Part shown: positions 51,189-63,443 of the stretch, one piece after another | Layout: every line of letters starts with the position of its first letter | Numbering within the stretch: the stretch's first letter is position 1 | From: the human T2T-CHM13v2.0 reference genome, Homo sapiens | Length of the DNA stretch: 64,000 bases | Reading direction: 5' to 3' (one strand) | NCBI RefSeq assembly: GCF_009914755.1 | Contig: NC_060930.1 | The notes under the pieces: model-generated | The model's database searches: none | What the model saw: the letters and a program-made list of their open reading frames with translations, nothing else | What the model was told of the DNA's origin: nothing | Program-made: the position numbers and the translations under genes

Positions 51189-51216
51189 GCCGCTGTCCCA
51201 GGCCGGTGGTGCTGGA
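51189..51216 (-). promoter_or_regulatory. Candidate non-canonical RE1/NRSE (REST) site
   Basis: Minus strand TCCAGCACC-N9-GGACAGCGGC versus canonical TTCAGCACC-N2-GGACAGCGCC. Confidence 0.5.
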
Positions 51217-51387
51217 TTCCGCGGCGCTTGGGCAGAAACGAGGAATCCCCGCCAACTCCACAGGGAGGATCTATTCCCAGCCCCCTTATCCCCCTAAAAA
51301 ACACCCAAACCAAAACAATCACCACAACCTAGACCGTGGGCCTCTGCGGACGGGGCAGTAGAGGGTCGGGGGCAACAAGGCACCTCG

Positions 51388-51406
51388 GCAGCGCCCTCTG
51401 GCGAGA
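51388..51406 (-). promoter_or_regulatory. Candidate CTCF motif
   Basis: Minus strand TCGCCAGAGGGCGCTG versus consensus CCRSYAGRKGGCGC. Confidence 0.55.
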
Positions 51407-51442
51407 GGAGAGCGCGCAGGTCCCCCGCCCGCGCCCCGCTCT

Positions 51443-51443
<1 letters not shown>

Positions 51444-51470
<27 letters not shown>
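51444..51470. repeat. (CCG)9 trinucleotide repeat
   Basis: Read directly; uninterrupted. Confidence 0.97.
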
Positions 51471-51475
<5 letters not shown>

Positions 51476-51743
51476 CCCGCCCGGCTCTCCGGGTTCACCC
51501 TCGGTCTCTCACTCCGTGAGACACAGACGGTAGCTTTCCGACCGAGCGGGGCACAGGCTGAGGCGGCGCCAGCACAACTGCCGCCGCGCGCCCCGAGGAG
51601 ACCCGGGCACGAGGAAACAAGGCGAAATCAGGACTCCTTCCCCGGAACCGACCGGCAGCTCCGCGCCCCCGCGCGACACCCTTCGCAGCCACTTCGCGGG
51701 GCGGGCCAGGACTTGGGGACGCGGCTCGGGAAGAGCCGGGGCG

Positions 51744-51761
51744 GGCGGCGGCGGCGGCGGC
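51744..51761. repeat. (GGC)6 trinucleotide repeat
   Basis: Read directly from the sequence. Confidence 0.95.
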
Positions 51762-51936
51762 ACGGGCGCGAGGGTGCGCGCACTGGGACTGGAGAGGAGT
51801 GAGTGGCGGGCTGGGCGGCGGCGGCCGTAGCCGCGGGTGCCTCCCCGCCTCACCGCTTCGCAGGCAGCACCGCCTCCCGGGCCGCGGCCGCCCGGCCGGG
51901 TCCTCTGCGCGTTCCCGGGCCCGGAACCGGCACACG

Positions 51937-51957
51937 ATGCACCCGGCTGCGTTCTGA
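51937..51957 (+). other. Upstream ORF (MHPAAF*) in the SLC35F1 leader
   Basis: ATG CAC CCG GCT GCG TTC TGA with A at -3; ends 28 nt before the main ATG. Confidence 0.7.
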
Positions 51958-51985
51958 TCGCCGCCGCGCCTCAGCCTCTGCCGCG

Positions 51986-52158
51986 ATGATCCCCCCTGAG
52001 CAGCCGCAGCAGCAGCTGCAGCCGCCGTCGCCAGCCCCGCCGAACCATGTGGTGACCACCATCGAGAACCTGCCGGCCGAGGGCAGCGGCGGCGGCGGGA
52101 GCCTGTCCGCCTCCTCCCGGGCTGGCGTGCGCCAGAGGATCCGCAAAGTGCTGAACAG
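51986..52158 (+). CDS. SLC35F1: SLC35F1 (solute carrier family 35 member F1) coding exon 1, 173 nt, phase-2 donor
   Basis: The peptide MIPPEQPQQQLQPPSPAPPNHVVTTIENLPAEGSGGGGSLSASSRAGVRQRIRKVLN(R) is recognised as the SLC35F1 N-terminus. GCCGCGATG context; donor CAG|GTGAGC at 52158/52159; lies in the CpG island. Confidence 0.92.
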
Positions 52159-53789
52159 GTGAGCGGCGGCGCCGGGCGAGGGCGCGGGGGGCGGGGGCTG
52201 CGGGCGCCCGGCTCCGGGTCCCCTCCGTCCCTGGGGCGGCCCACGGGTCCTTTGGGACGGGGTTGCGGCCGGAGGAGACTGAGGAGATCGGGCGACGACG
52301 CGCTCCGCGGGCGCAGAGAGGCCGCGGCAGCTTTGTCCCGGCGCAGGGAGCCCTGGAGTGGCGGAGCTGCAGCTGGTCCGAGGCGGGAGTTCGGGGAGAG
52401 GCGGGGTTTTTCGTACCTAGCCACCCTGTATGTGTGTCCGCACTCACACCCTCCATACGCGTGCCGCCTCACTTCCCTTTCCCTCTCGCACCCCGGCTTT
52501 GCGATCGGGGGTCGGGGGGACGCGGGGACCCGGCCAGGGCTGAGGAGGGAGGCGCGGGGCTGCAGAGATGGCGTGGAAGTCCTGGGCCTCGTGCTGTCCT
52601 CCGCCCCGCCCCGCCCGGGGGCTTCGACCCCTTGCCGGGGGAATGGGGTCGCAGCGACAGCCTAGCAGGCGGAGGGAACCCACTTCTCCAGCCTGACGCT
52701 CCAGTCGCCTCTCGGACTCTTCCTGGCTGGGAGCAGCGAAGAGAGGGCTAGAGGCCTGGAACAGACCCAGCAAAGTGCAAAACATTGCGGGCAGGGTGTG
52801 AGCCGGCGGCGCCCAGTTATTCCGAAGCGCCCATGCCGGAGGGGGCGGGTGCCGATCGCCGGCGCCTCCAGTGCTGGAATCTGCGTAGTGGATTCAGGAC
52901 GTTGACGTTTTAGGATGAGGACCTGGGTTGACGTGAAAATGGGGGTACCTCTGGCACCTCTGACTCAACTGTGATGTGAAAGGGACTTTTTCTACTTAAG
53001 TAACTTGAAATGGTTGACGAGCTGACACCTTAAAAAATTGTATAGGGAATGGGTTTTGTGTTCTTTTTTGTTTGGATGCGTGGGTGCCTTTCGATGCATC
53101 TGTAGGGGTAACTGTTCCAGTCGCTCTGTTCATACAGGTTTCTGTGTGGCATTGTGTTGGGTAGCAGAGATTCCCAACGAATTCACACGGAACTGTCTGG
53201 GGCTCAAAGCTCTGGTGGGAGTACAAACTATGTACAGAAATAGAATCTTGAGAAATATCCTTATTTTGGGAGTATAGTTTAATTTAGTTATATCAAATCC
53301 CGAACCATTCAAGAATCCCTGGTGGGGAATTAATGCGTGCGTTAGTTTATTTGCGGGTACTTCTGTAGCTTTCCATTTATTATCAAACAGAAAGAAATTC
53401 ACTCTGACGGGAGACAGGAGTTGGTAATAGAACTAAGTCTTTGATTTGTAGCTGAGAATACCACCTTCCAAAAGATAAAGTAGAATAAAGCAAGAAGACG
53501 CTGGCTCAGTACATATTATGTGGGTTTTGTATTTTTTATGAATACCTGTGAGTTTTTTTTTCAATTGCAATTACCTTGTCATTGGCTGTTTAAATTTTTA
53601 ATCACAATATATTTTAATTATTATTATTTCTCATCAAACTAGAAAATATTGATGTAATATTTTGCTCAGTTTCTTTTTGCTCAATTATAAGTTATTACTG
53701 ATTCCATGTAGGTTATTTCTTGATATGTAATGAATCATAGAGCCCAGAAAAACAAGATCACTGAGGTAGGAGTGAGGGGTATGTTGTCA

Positions 53790-53960
53790 TCATACCTTGG
53801 CCAGTAGCTAGACAAGTGGTTTGCAGCAGAGCCATTTATCTGCTTGGTCTTGGTTTCTTCATTGTAAATTATGTTTAATAATACAGTACTTGTTTTACTT
53901 CCCTACCATGATTTTGAGAATTAGATAATGCTGAAGAAAACACTTGGAAAAGTATAAAGA
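53790..53960 (+). mobile_element. MIR fragment
   Basis: CTTGGTTTCTTCATTGTAAA...AATAATACAGTAC...GAGAATTAGATAATGC. Confidence 0.55.
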
Positions 53961-55581
53961 TCTACATGAATTAATGTATTCAACTCATTTTTTTTCTAAG
54001 GTAAGCCTATGGGGTAAACATAGGCAAATGAAGTTGAAGTCATGCTACGTTATGGGTAGAACCTTGTGTTTCTAATGAAACGATCTGTGACATGAGTTGT
54101 ACTAGTCCCAGTGTATAGAGGAGGAACTTATACTTATGTTGGGTTGACGGCATTTCATCGCAGGTATACAACCGTGAATGGAACCCTAGGTTTGTAGCCT
54201 TTAGACTTAAGCTAAAACAATTATTTATTTATTTGTCTTTCAAAGTTATTCAAAATTTTCAATATAATATTTTGTATTGAGTAACTGGCTTTTCCTTATC
54301 CTTAAAGGATAAGAAGAAACTCTTTGTTTCAAGAAAGAACATTTTTAGTAAGGAGACTGAAAAATCTGAGCAAGTTTTAAAATCTCAATGGCATAATTTA
54401 TTTAGCATGCTGATGGGCTTGGCTTTTGTGCCATAATTATGTCAATGAGAGCCTTAATAGTGGCTATAGAGTGATTAGGCTCTAGGTAAAAGTGAGAGTA
54501 TGGGGGAGAGTGAATTTTTGAGATTCTGCAGAGTGCTTGGATGTGGCTCCCCTCTGGTTTGAACCCTCATGATGTGTTGGACTAGTCAGTAATGGATATC
54601 AGGCAGGCCCATTGGGGCCTAATCATAAGCATCTTTGTCAATTTTCTAAGAACTCACCATCTGCTTACTTTCTCCTTTTTTGCTTTCTTCTTTTCCTCTT
54701 CCTCCTTCCTGAATACTTCACCCACATTGCCCTGTCCACTCATTGTCTTCATTTGTCTTCTTTCCTCTACCCTTGGCATGCAGCAACTTAGCTCCTAGCA
54801 GAAAGTGGTTCCAAATCGGGAAGCTGGGAGCCAATATAAAAAATATCCCTCCAACTTTTGACATGCAGATATATGGTTAGCAGCATTCTATTGCTGTGGG
54901 CTGGTAGGGCTAGTCTCTTCAGTGACTGAAATGGGGGCTGTACCACTGTCAGCTCCTAGCATCCCACTGGGCCAAAGGGGTAATGCTGAGACACAGAGTG
55001 GTGCAATGGGACGAGAAATATTAGACTGTGAGCAAGCCAAGCCTGGCGAATTGCCTGCCATTGGTCACAGTCTACAGGAACAGCTATCTGACAACCCAGA
55101 GGAAGAACTGCAAACACATACGCTATCTATATCCTGTCTACCCAGGGAGAGTTAAAGAGAGAATTGCTCATCAATAATTAATTAAAGGTACTTCTTGCTC
55201 TCAAGAAGCTTAGAATGAAATATAGTGTTATCTTAATAAAATCTGCCTTACATTATTCAGCATCATTTTATTTCCATAGTATACTCCATAGCCTCTCCCC
55301 TTACTCTAAAGGCTTGTCGAGTTGGATTGCTGCATTTTGTACACAACAATTGGGGTATTTCATTGGTTGACTACTCCCTTTCTGTGAAACAGTTAGATTA
55401 GAATGTAATTATATTCAAGACTTGGTGAAAGAGGAGGCACTAGATAATTTTTTAAAATAATTAATGGGACATCACATTTTTTCCCCTGGTATACTCAAAA
55501 TTGTTTTGGCAAAAGGATGCAAGAAACATGACAATTTAAATGCTGGAATAATTACTACTCCTTTAATATTCAAAATTGTGA

Positions 55582-56004
<423 letters not shown>

Positions 56005-58026
56005 TTCCCTTATTTCTTAGCATGGTATAGTATATATTACCCTGCCACAGGCAATCAGAAAATGACGAAAAGAAAATACTTCAAGGGCAACAGTTGATGA
56101 CCCTCTCAAAGAAACTGCTGATCAGGTAGATTTCTTAGACACATACAGGAGTAGCTACTGACCTACATATTAAAGTGCCTGAAGATTTTGTACTCTAAAT
56201 GATTTCTTAATGAAATGTTTTTGAGAAATGAGTGATAGCTTGTTTTGTGTTTTGCATATGTGTGCTTTTATCTTTTCCCACATGAGTATTATTTTCAGTT
56301 GTTAACAGAAATATCTGTGAATTTCTTGTTTTGATACACTTTCTTCCCATTAAGACATACAGTGGGTTGTCTCAAATTATAAAGGGGTTTCTGCCTCTTT
56401 GAGTCTTATGGCGGGAATGTTTAATCATTAGAATGGAATCACTACTGATTCTGACTCATCCATTCATTTGATTTAGAATGAACTGATTTCCAACTTATAT
56501 TTAGATTTATTTTCAAATTTCTGAAACCTTTTTGAATATAAACCAAAGATCGTTAAGGATATACATAGAAGAGTTTGAAGCAAGCCTACATAAAATCAAT
56601 GTCCAAGTAGGAAACTTACCATGTAAAATGGGACAATATGTGTACATAGCCTTTCTGAGTCATTAAATAAGGTGGACAGAACATCATGAACCAATGGATA
56701 TGACTGAACTCTAGGTATTCCATACAGTTGGTGGAAACATATAATTTAGATGATCCTTTCTGATCAAGTGAGAAGGCTTTTGTTAGGAAATTAATGGTGA
56801 GAATCTTCCTCAAGCTGCTCCGTCTAAAACATGTCAAAATGAAAAGAGGAAGATCAGCTAGTAATGAGGTTGATTAATATAAAATATTCCAAGTGGAACT
56901 GGGTGGTGTGATTAAAAACAGACTTCTAAGATCAGTAGTAAAGAAAAGATGTCTGAAGGGTGCATTTGTTTTTAACTAAAAGGACAAAATTATAAAAATA
57001 AATGATTATACCAGTATACTTGTATTTATGCCCAGTGCTTGGAGAAACTAATGTTCACATTAAAGGGATATTTGGATTACCTCAGATAAAGATGATGCAT
57101 TTTCAGGTAATTAACGTGTATTAAAATATACTTGTCTTTGTGTGATTTTCTTTGAACTTTTACTTTCTCAAAATCCTTCAGTGTCTTAGGGGCATCTTAA
57201 CTGATGTCTGTTTTCACTGTACACATCTATAGATGTAGAAGGTATAGGCAATTGAGCTGCTGCTCATATCGCTCATATAGCTCTAAAGTTACTTAATGCA
57301 AGAGATGTTTTATTATGTAGTTGCCATTTCTCATAAAAATAATATGGAGCATGTGAAAGTACCACCACCAGATTTTAGTTTAGCTTGCTTGTTCATTTGC
57401 GTTCAGGCCAATGAGCATGCCCTGTACATTGTTCAGACACATTAATTCTTGATTATGCTTCTCAAGAAGTATGCTTAGGAAGACAAACTTCAGTAGATGT
57501 ATGGAAAAAACCTATGAATTTTGGGCATGTTTCTTAATGGTAACATGAACATATACAGGTCTATATTCATTTATTCTTAAGCAGTAACTGTATGCTGAGC
57601 CTTCTTATGGAATACACACATGTGACGAAACATTATTCTTGGGCCAAAACCTCAAAACCTAACTGGGAAACTTGACATGTGTATCACTATTTAGAATGAA
57701 CGTTGTAATTCATAATCTGAATTGTTACACATAATGCCTAAATAAATGCTTCCCAGTGTCTAGATATTGGAATAATGTAAATGAGCTGTTCAATATGCAA
57801 TGCGTATTAACCTTGTTCTGACACTTTGGAATTATACAGGGAATCCTTGAATGTACAATAGTTAAGAAGGAATTTCACAAGAAATGTCAAAGAAAACAAT
57901 AACAATAAATATTCTTTAGGAAGTATTTTCTTAGAAAAAATGTTAGTGGCAACTCAGTTAGTTAGTGGCAACATGAGTATAATTTTTTGAATTATATTAT
58001 AATTTAAGTTTTAAAAATATTGTTTC

Positions 58027-58392
<366 letters not shown>

Positions 58393-59619
58393 GTCTATCC
58401 ACATATATACACACACGTGTATATGTGTGTGTATATATATAGAGAGAGTTTCTATTAATTTAAATTCTAAACTTTGTCTGAAGAATATTTACTATGTGAC
58501 TCTCTGAGGATTAAAAAAAAAAAAGCCCTTAAATATAGTTTTGCAAGTTCCGAGATTATAAGCCACCAATTCCTAATAAATTCCATTTAAAAAAATAGAG
58601 AAACCTACTATAACTGAACAAACACTGAATAGATTTTTAAAACCAAATCATACTAATTATATACAGATTTAGAGTGACAGGGCTACAATTTGTGATCATA
58701 TCTGAGTCTGAGAAAGCACAAAGCACTCTGGTCTGTCGTATAAGATAGATCTCCTCACATTCATTGATTCATTCATGCAGGGAGAATTTTATTCAATGAG
58801 TGTTTATTGAGTGACTATTATATGTTGGGCACTGCTGGATCACAATGGCTAGTATGGCCTCTGGGTGCCATTGGTGGAGTTTCTGTTATTACCCTTTGAA
58901 TATAACCCATCAAGGGAGCAATTTAACTAAAATAGAAATAAAGATAACATATACCTCTCAAAATGCTATAGTTTCAAAAATGATGTTTTCAAGCTGATCT
59001 GACAAAAAATCCCCATAAATTAGTTGTTTCACTTTTAGGAAAACTGCCCAGGTAGAAGACTGAAACATAATAAAATTACTCAACGTCTACATAGATTCAA
59101 GAAGCAGACCTTTTTTGATGAATACCATTGAGTTTGTTTCACTTAGGGCTTAAAAAATATTAAAAAAAAAAGAGGAACAGCTATTAATGTTCATCCAACT
59201 TCAGAATGTTAGAAGGAAAAGGAGAACAGATTTGAATCCCATTCTTCTGTTCAGGGTGAACCTATCAAGGTCCTTGCCATGTAACTCAAGAAAATAGAGT
59301 TTTCTGAAAATATTAATGTGCTGACAGTGCATAGGCAACTTTTTGGGACTTGGGGACATGTTTATGCATTGCAGATGGAGAGATTTAAAATATGCAAGAG
59401 TATATTTTATATATGGATTTTTATATATAATTTGATACAACCTAACGAGAGTGTTTGAGATGTTTGAGTTAAAATTAGCATTTAGACAATGACTCAAGTT
59501 CTCTGATTTTACCTTATAAGGCATATACTTTATAGTATAAAACATTACATTGTATGTTTTTCTTCTAATAACAAAGATTAGTATTCTTATCCTTTTCTAG
59601 AGAAGAAAACAAATTTATG

Positions 59620-62600
59620 TGGTGATACAGCTAAGTGCTTTTGTAAAACCACAGAGGAGGGAGAGAGCATGCTAGGCTGGAGAAAGGTCAGGAGGGATCA
59701 GGGATGGCATTTGTCCTTGGCAATGAAAGATGGGTAGGAAAGGAATATGTGCAGGGAGAGGGAGGTGAGACAGGATGAGCCGTTCATGGAAGTAAGAGAT
59801 TGGGGAAGAATTAAGTGTCCAGTTTGACAATATTATAGGATGCGTCAATACAAAGGGAAGAAGAGGGAATTAAGGCTAGATTTGTAGGATGGGATCAGAT
59901 AACTGAAAGTCTTAGATGCTCTAATAAGCAGTTAGACTTATTAAGTTATTTTAGGTTACTGAGTAGAGAAATGACATGATCAGAGATGTGCCCAAATATG
60001 ATACTCTGGGGGAAAATCTATAGGACAAAAGGAGAAGGAAAAGACCAGAGTTTGGGGATCAGTTAGGAGGCTACTGCAGTCATTTAGAGGGGAAGAAATG
60101 TGAGTCTAAGTGGGGTGGAGGCAGCCAGGACGGAGAGGGAAGTGCTCTGATTTGAACAGAATCTGGACCAGGTCAGCTAAAAGAAGATTTGATTATTTTT
60201 GAGAAGGCACTCAGCAGTGCCTGTCAAATAATGGGTATTTAATACTTGTTTGTTGAAAGGTTATTGAAAGCCACTACAGGAAAGAGATCTGCTCTCCAGG
60301 GCCTAGGGTGCTGAGTGAGCTAGAGGCTGCTGGGAGGACAGCAGCTAGCTATTCAGACCGTGGGCTATGGATGCCTGCCGGACTACAGACTGTGTGGCCA
60401 GACCGTGATGAGAACAGAAATTGGGAGTAAGCATTTAGAAATAACTGTAGCAGTTTGAGAGAGCACTTTTATATTTTTTGTCCTAATATTTAAGAATCGG
60501 GTCTTGTATTTTGGTTTTTGTTTTTTTCCATCTCATTTTTTCTCATAATTGATTTTTATTGTATTTCACAAAAGTATTGTCTTCTATGAATTGTTAAAAA
60601 ACGGGTATTTTATGACAGAATGTTTGAGAAGCACTGGTGCCAGCCAGATATCCAAGTGGAAGTAAGAGTGAATTTGGATTCTGGGAGTGCATCTAGTCAT
60701 GGATGGGGGGAGCGGTTCCTCATTGTGGGGGCATCAGGTTGGTACTAGTCATGACCCTGAAAATCTGTACCTATAAGGTGATGATGTGGAAGCAGTAGAG
60801 TAAGGCTGACAATAGCTACAAGTATCAAGGCCCCAGCCAAATGGCCTGGTCTTCAGCTGGGGCACCTTGCCTGAAAGGGATGCCCTGGAATGTGAGGCAG
60901 GGAAACTATTTAGGAGTACAGGACAGCAGCCCAGGTCTGTAGAATGGGCAGTAAGTGGGGAGTAAGACTTTTCAGAGATCACGCAATTAAGGAGGTCACA
61001 TTCTGTGTTTGGGTGACAGGAAGGTGGGTCAGGGTTACCTGGGGTCCCAACATGAGTGGCCAGACCACTGATACAGCTTCACCTCAAGCTCGAGGAGCAC
61101 AGACCAGGAGCCCCTCAGCCATTTAACAAAGAATTACTGAGTCAGGTTAGAGGCACAATCTAGCTGTTAGGGATACTTCGGGAAACAAAGCAGAAAAGAC
61201 CTCCACTCTCATGGAGACTACATTCTACAAGAAAGGCAGGCAATAAAAACATGAAAAAGGTATCCAACAGTGGCAAATAATATGCAGAGAATCAAAGTGG
61301 GGTGATGTGACAGAGAGGGAACAGGTGGTACTTCAATTTGGCTGGTCAGGCCTCTCTCTCTCTCTCTGATGACACTGAAGCTAAGATTAGAATAGCCAAA
61401 AGGAAATGGCCACTGGAGGGTCTGGAGGAAAGTCATTCCAGGCAGAGATGCTAAGATGAAACAAGTCTTCATAATGATGTGAAAGAAAGGGAGGCTGGAG
61501 AGCAGGAAACAGGAGAGCATAAGTGAGGAGGTCAGAGAGGGTCAGTTGTCAGTTCTAAGTGGGCTGGGGAACAAGTGGAAGATTTTAAGCAGAGGAGTTG
61601 TCTGGCTAATGTTTTGAAAAGACCACTCTGGCTGCTGTTGGAGAATGGATTGCGGGAGAAGTACATACCTACTAGATGAAAGAGATGTTGGAAGCTGGCT
61701 GGCCTGTAGCAACAGAAGTGGAGACAAGCGGTTGTGATCTGCAGTGGTTTGCACTGGGAGGTGGAGTACACAGGACTGGTTGAGTGATTTGACAGGGCAG
61801 ATGAGGGAGAGGAATAAAGAAACATTTCCAGTTTTTTGGGCTTGAGCAATTGGGTGAGCGATGGTGCCATTTTCTAAGGTGGGAAAGACTGGGAGAGGAA
61901 CATGTTTGATGGTAGGAATTAAAGAGTTTACTTTGGCAAGTAAAGTTAGAGATGTGTAGTGAAACGGTCAAAAGAAAGCTGGAGTGTGGAATTCTGGGGA
62001 GAAGTCAGAGTGTGGAATTCTGGGGAGAAGTCAGAGCTTGGAATTTGGATTTGGGGATCATGAGTCCTGGATGCATGTGTAGATAGAAAGAGGGGTACCA
62101 AGAACAATTTGGGGGGCACACTAACCCTCAAACACAGAAGGACTCAGCAAAGGAACTGGAGAAGGAAGGATCTGAAGTAGGAAGGAAACCAGGAGAGTAT
62201 GGTGTCCAGAAGCCAAGAGAAGAAGATGTTTCCAGAAGGAGGCAATAAGCAGTCCACTGTGCTGAGAGTAATTGAGGAAAGGACAGATAAATGACCAGTG
62301 GCTTGGCAACACAGGGAACCCTGTGGCTGTGGCAACCACAGGGTCAGAGGAGTGGTGCAGCTGGAAATGTGGATGGAATGGTTTGGGAGGGAATGTGAGG
62401 TGGAGGTGTTGAGAATATGACTTTTGAGAAATTTTGTCCTAACAAGGAATAGAGTGTAGGGAGAGTCTTTTAATGGGAGAGATAATACAACAGGTCTGTG
62501 TGCTTATGGGAATGCTGTACTGAAGAGGGAAAATTGCAGGAAGGAGTGAGATAAAGGAAGGAGGGAACCTTGAGAAGGCTCAGATGGTGGAATTCAAAGC

Positions 62601-62800
62601 ATGGTGGGGAGGAACTAGTCTTTGACAGGACTAGGACACTGTCCATAGTACAGAGGAGACACTGAGAATGGGGGTGTAAATGAAGGTAATTTGGTAGATT
62701 TCATGATTTCGTGGTGGGAATCATAGGCAGTTCCTCTCTGGTGGCTTCTCTTTCTCTGTGAACTCTGAGGCAAGGATATCAATAGTGAACAAAGATGCTA
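59620..62800 (-). mobile_element. L2 fragments (59620-60180; 61120-62800)
   Basis: GATTTTAAGCAGAGGAGT...TTTTGAAAAGACCACTCTGGCTGCTG...GGTGCCATTTTCTAAGGTGGGAAAGACTGG. Confidence 0.7.
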
Positions 62801-63145
62801 GTTGTTGGGGGAGGTGTGTAGGATGTTTGTACAAAGAGAAGTGGGAAACAGTCATTTCGAAGAGTAAGAAAGGAAATATACTAAAGAAGTGTTATGTGTA
62901 AAGTTGACATTTGTGGTGGGGATTCAGTAGAGGGCGTGATGAGCAGAAAGAAGCTACCGCTGTTTAGAATCTGCGACCTTGGAAAAGATGAACTCAGATC
63001 TGTGCCCAAGAAGCCAGAACCATCATCTTATAAATGAGGATAGTGGGGCAGTGCATATTTGAGGGGGCTCAGTAGGACTTGGGTCCTGATTGTACTGGGG
63101 AGTGGGGTATGAGAGAGAGAGAAGAGGGAATTAAGATAATTTTAA

Positions 63146-63443
<298 letters not shown>

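Larger units (their letters stand above)
51140..52930. promoter_or_regulatory. SLC35F1: CpG island / SLC35F1 promoter and 5' region
   Basis: Abrupt switch to very high GC with dense CpG and GC boxes (GGGGCGGG); encloses the first coding exon. The TSS cannot be determined from sequence. Confidence 0.93.

Noticed and set aside
51495-52472. 325-aa minus-strand ORF and other overlapping ORFs in the CpG island
   Set aside because: Arg/Pro/Ala/Gly low-complexity products are expected from stop-poor GC-rich DNA; no recognisable domain.
52159-52665. 168-aa ORF starting right after exon 1
   Set aside because: Its 'start' is the GTG of the splice donor; this is intronic GC-rich sequence.
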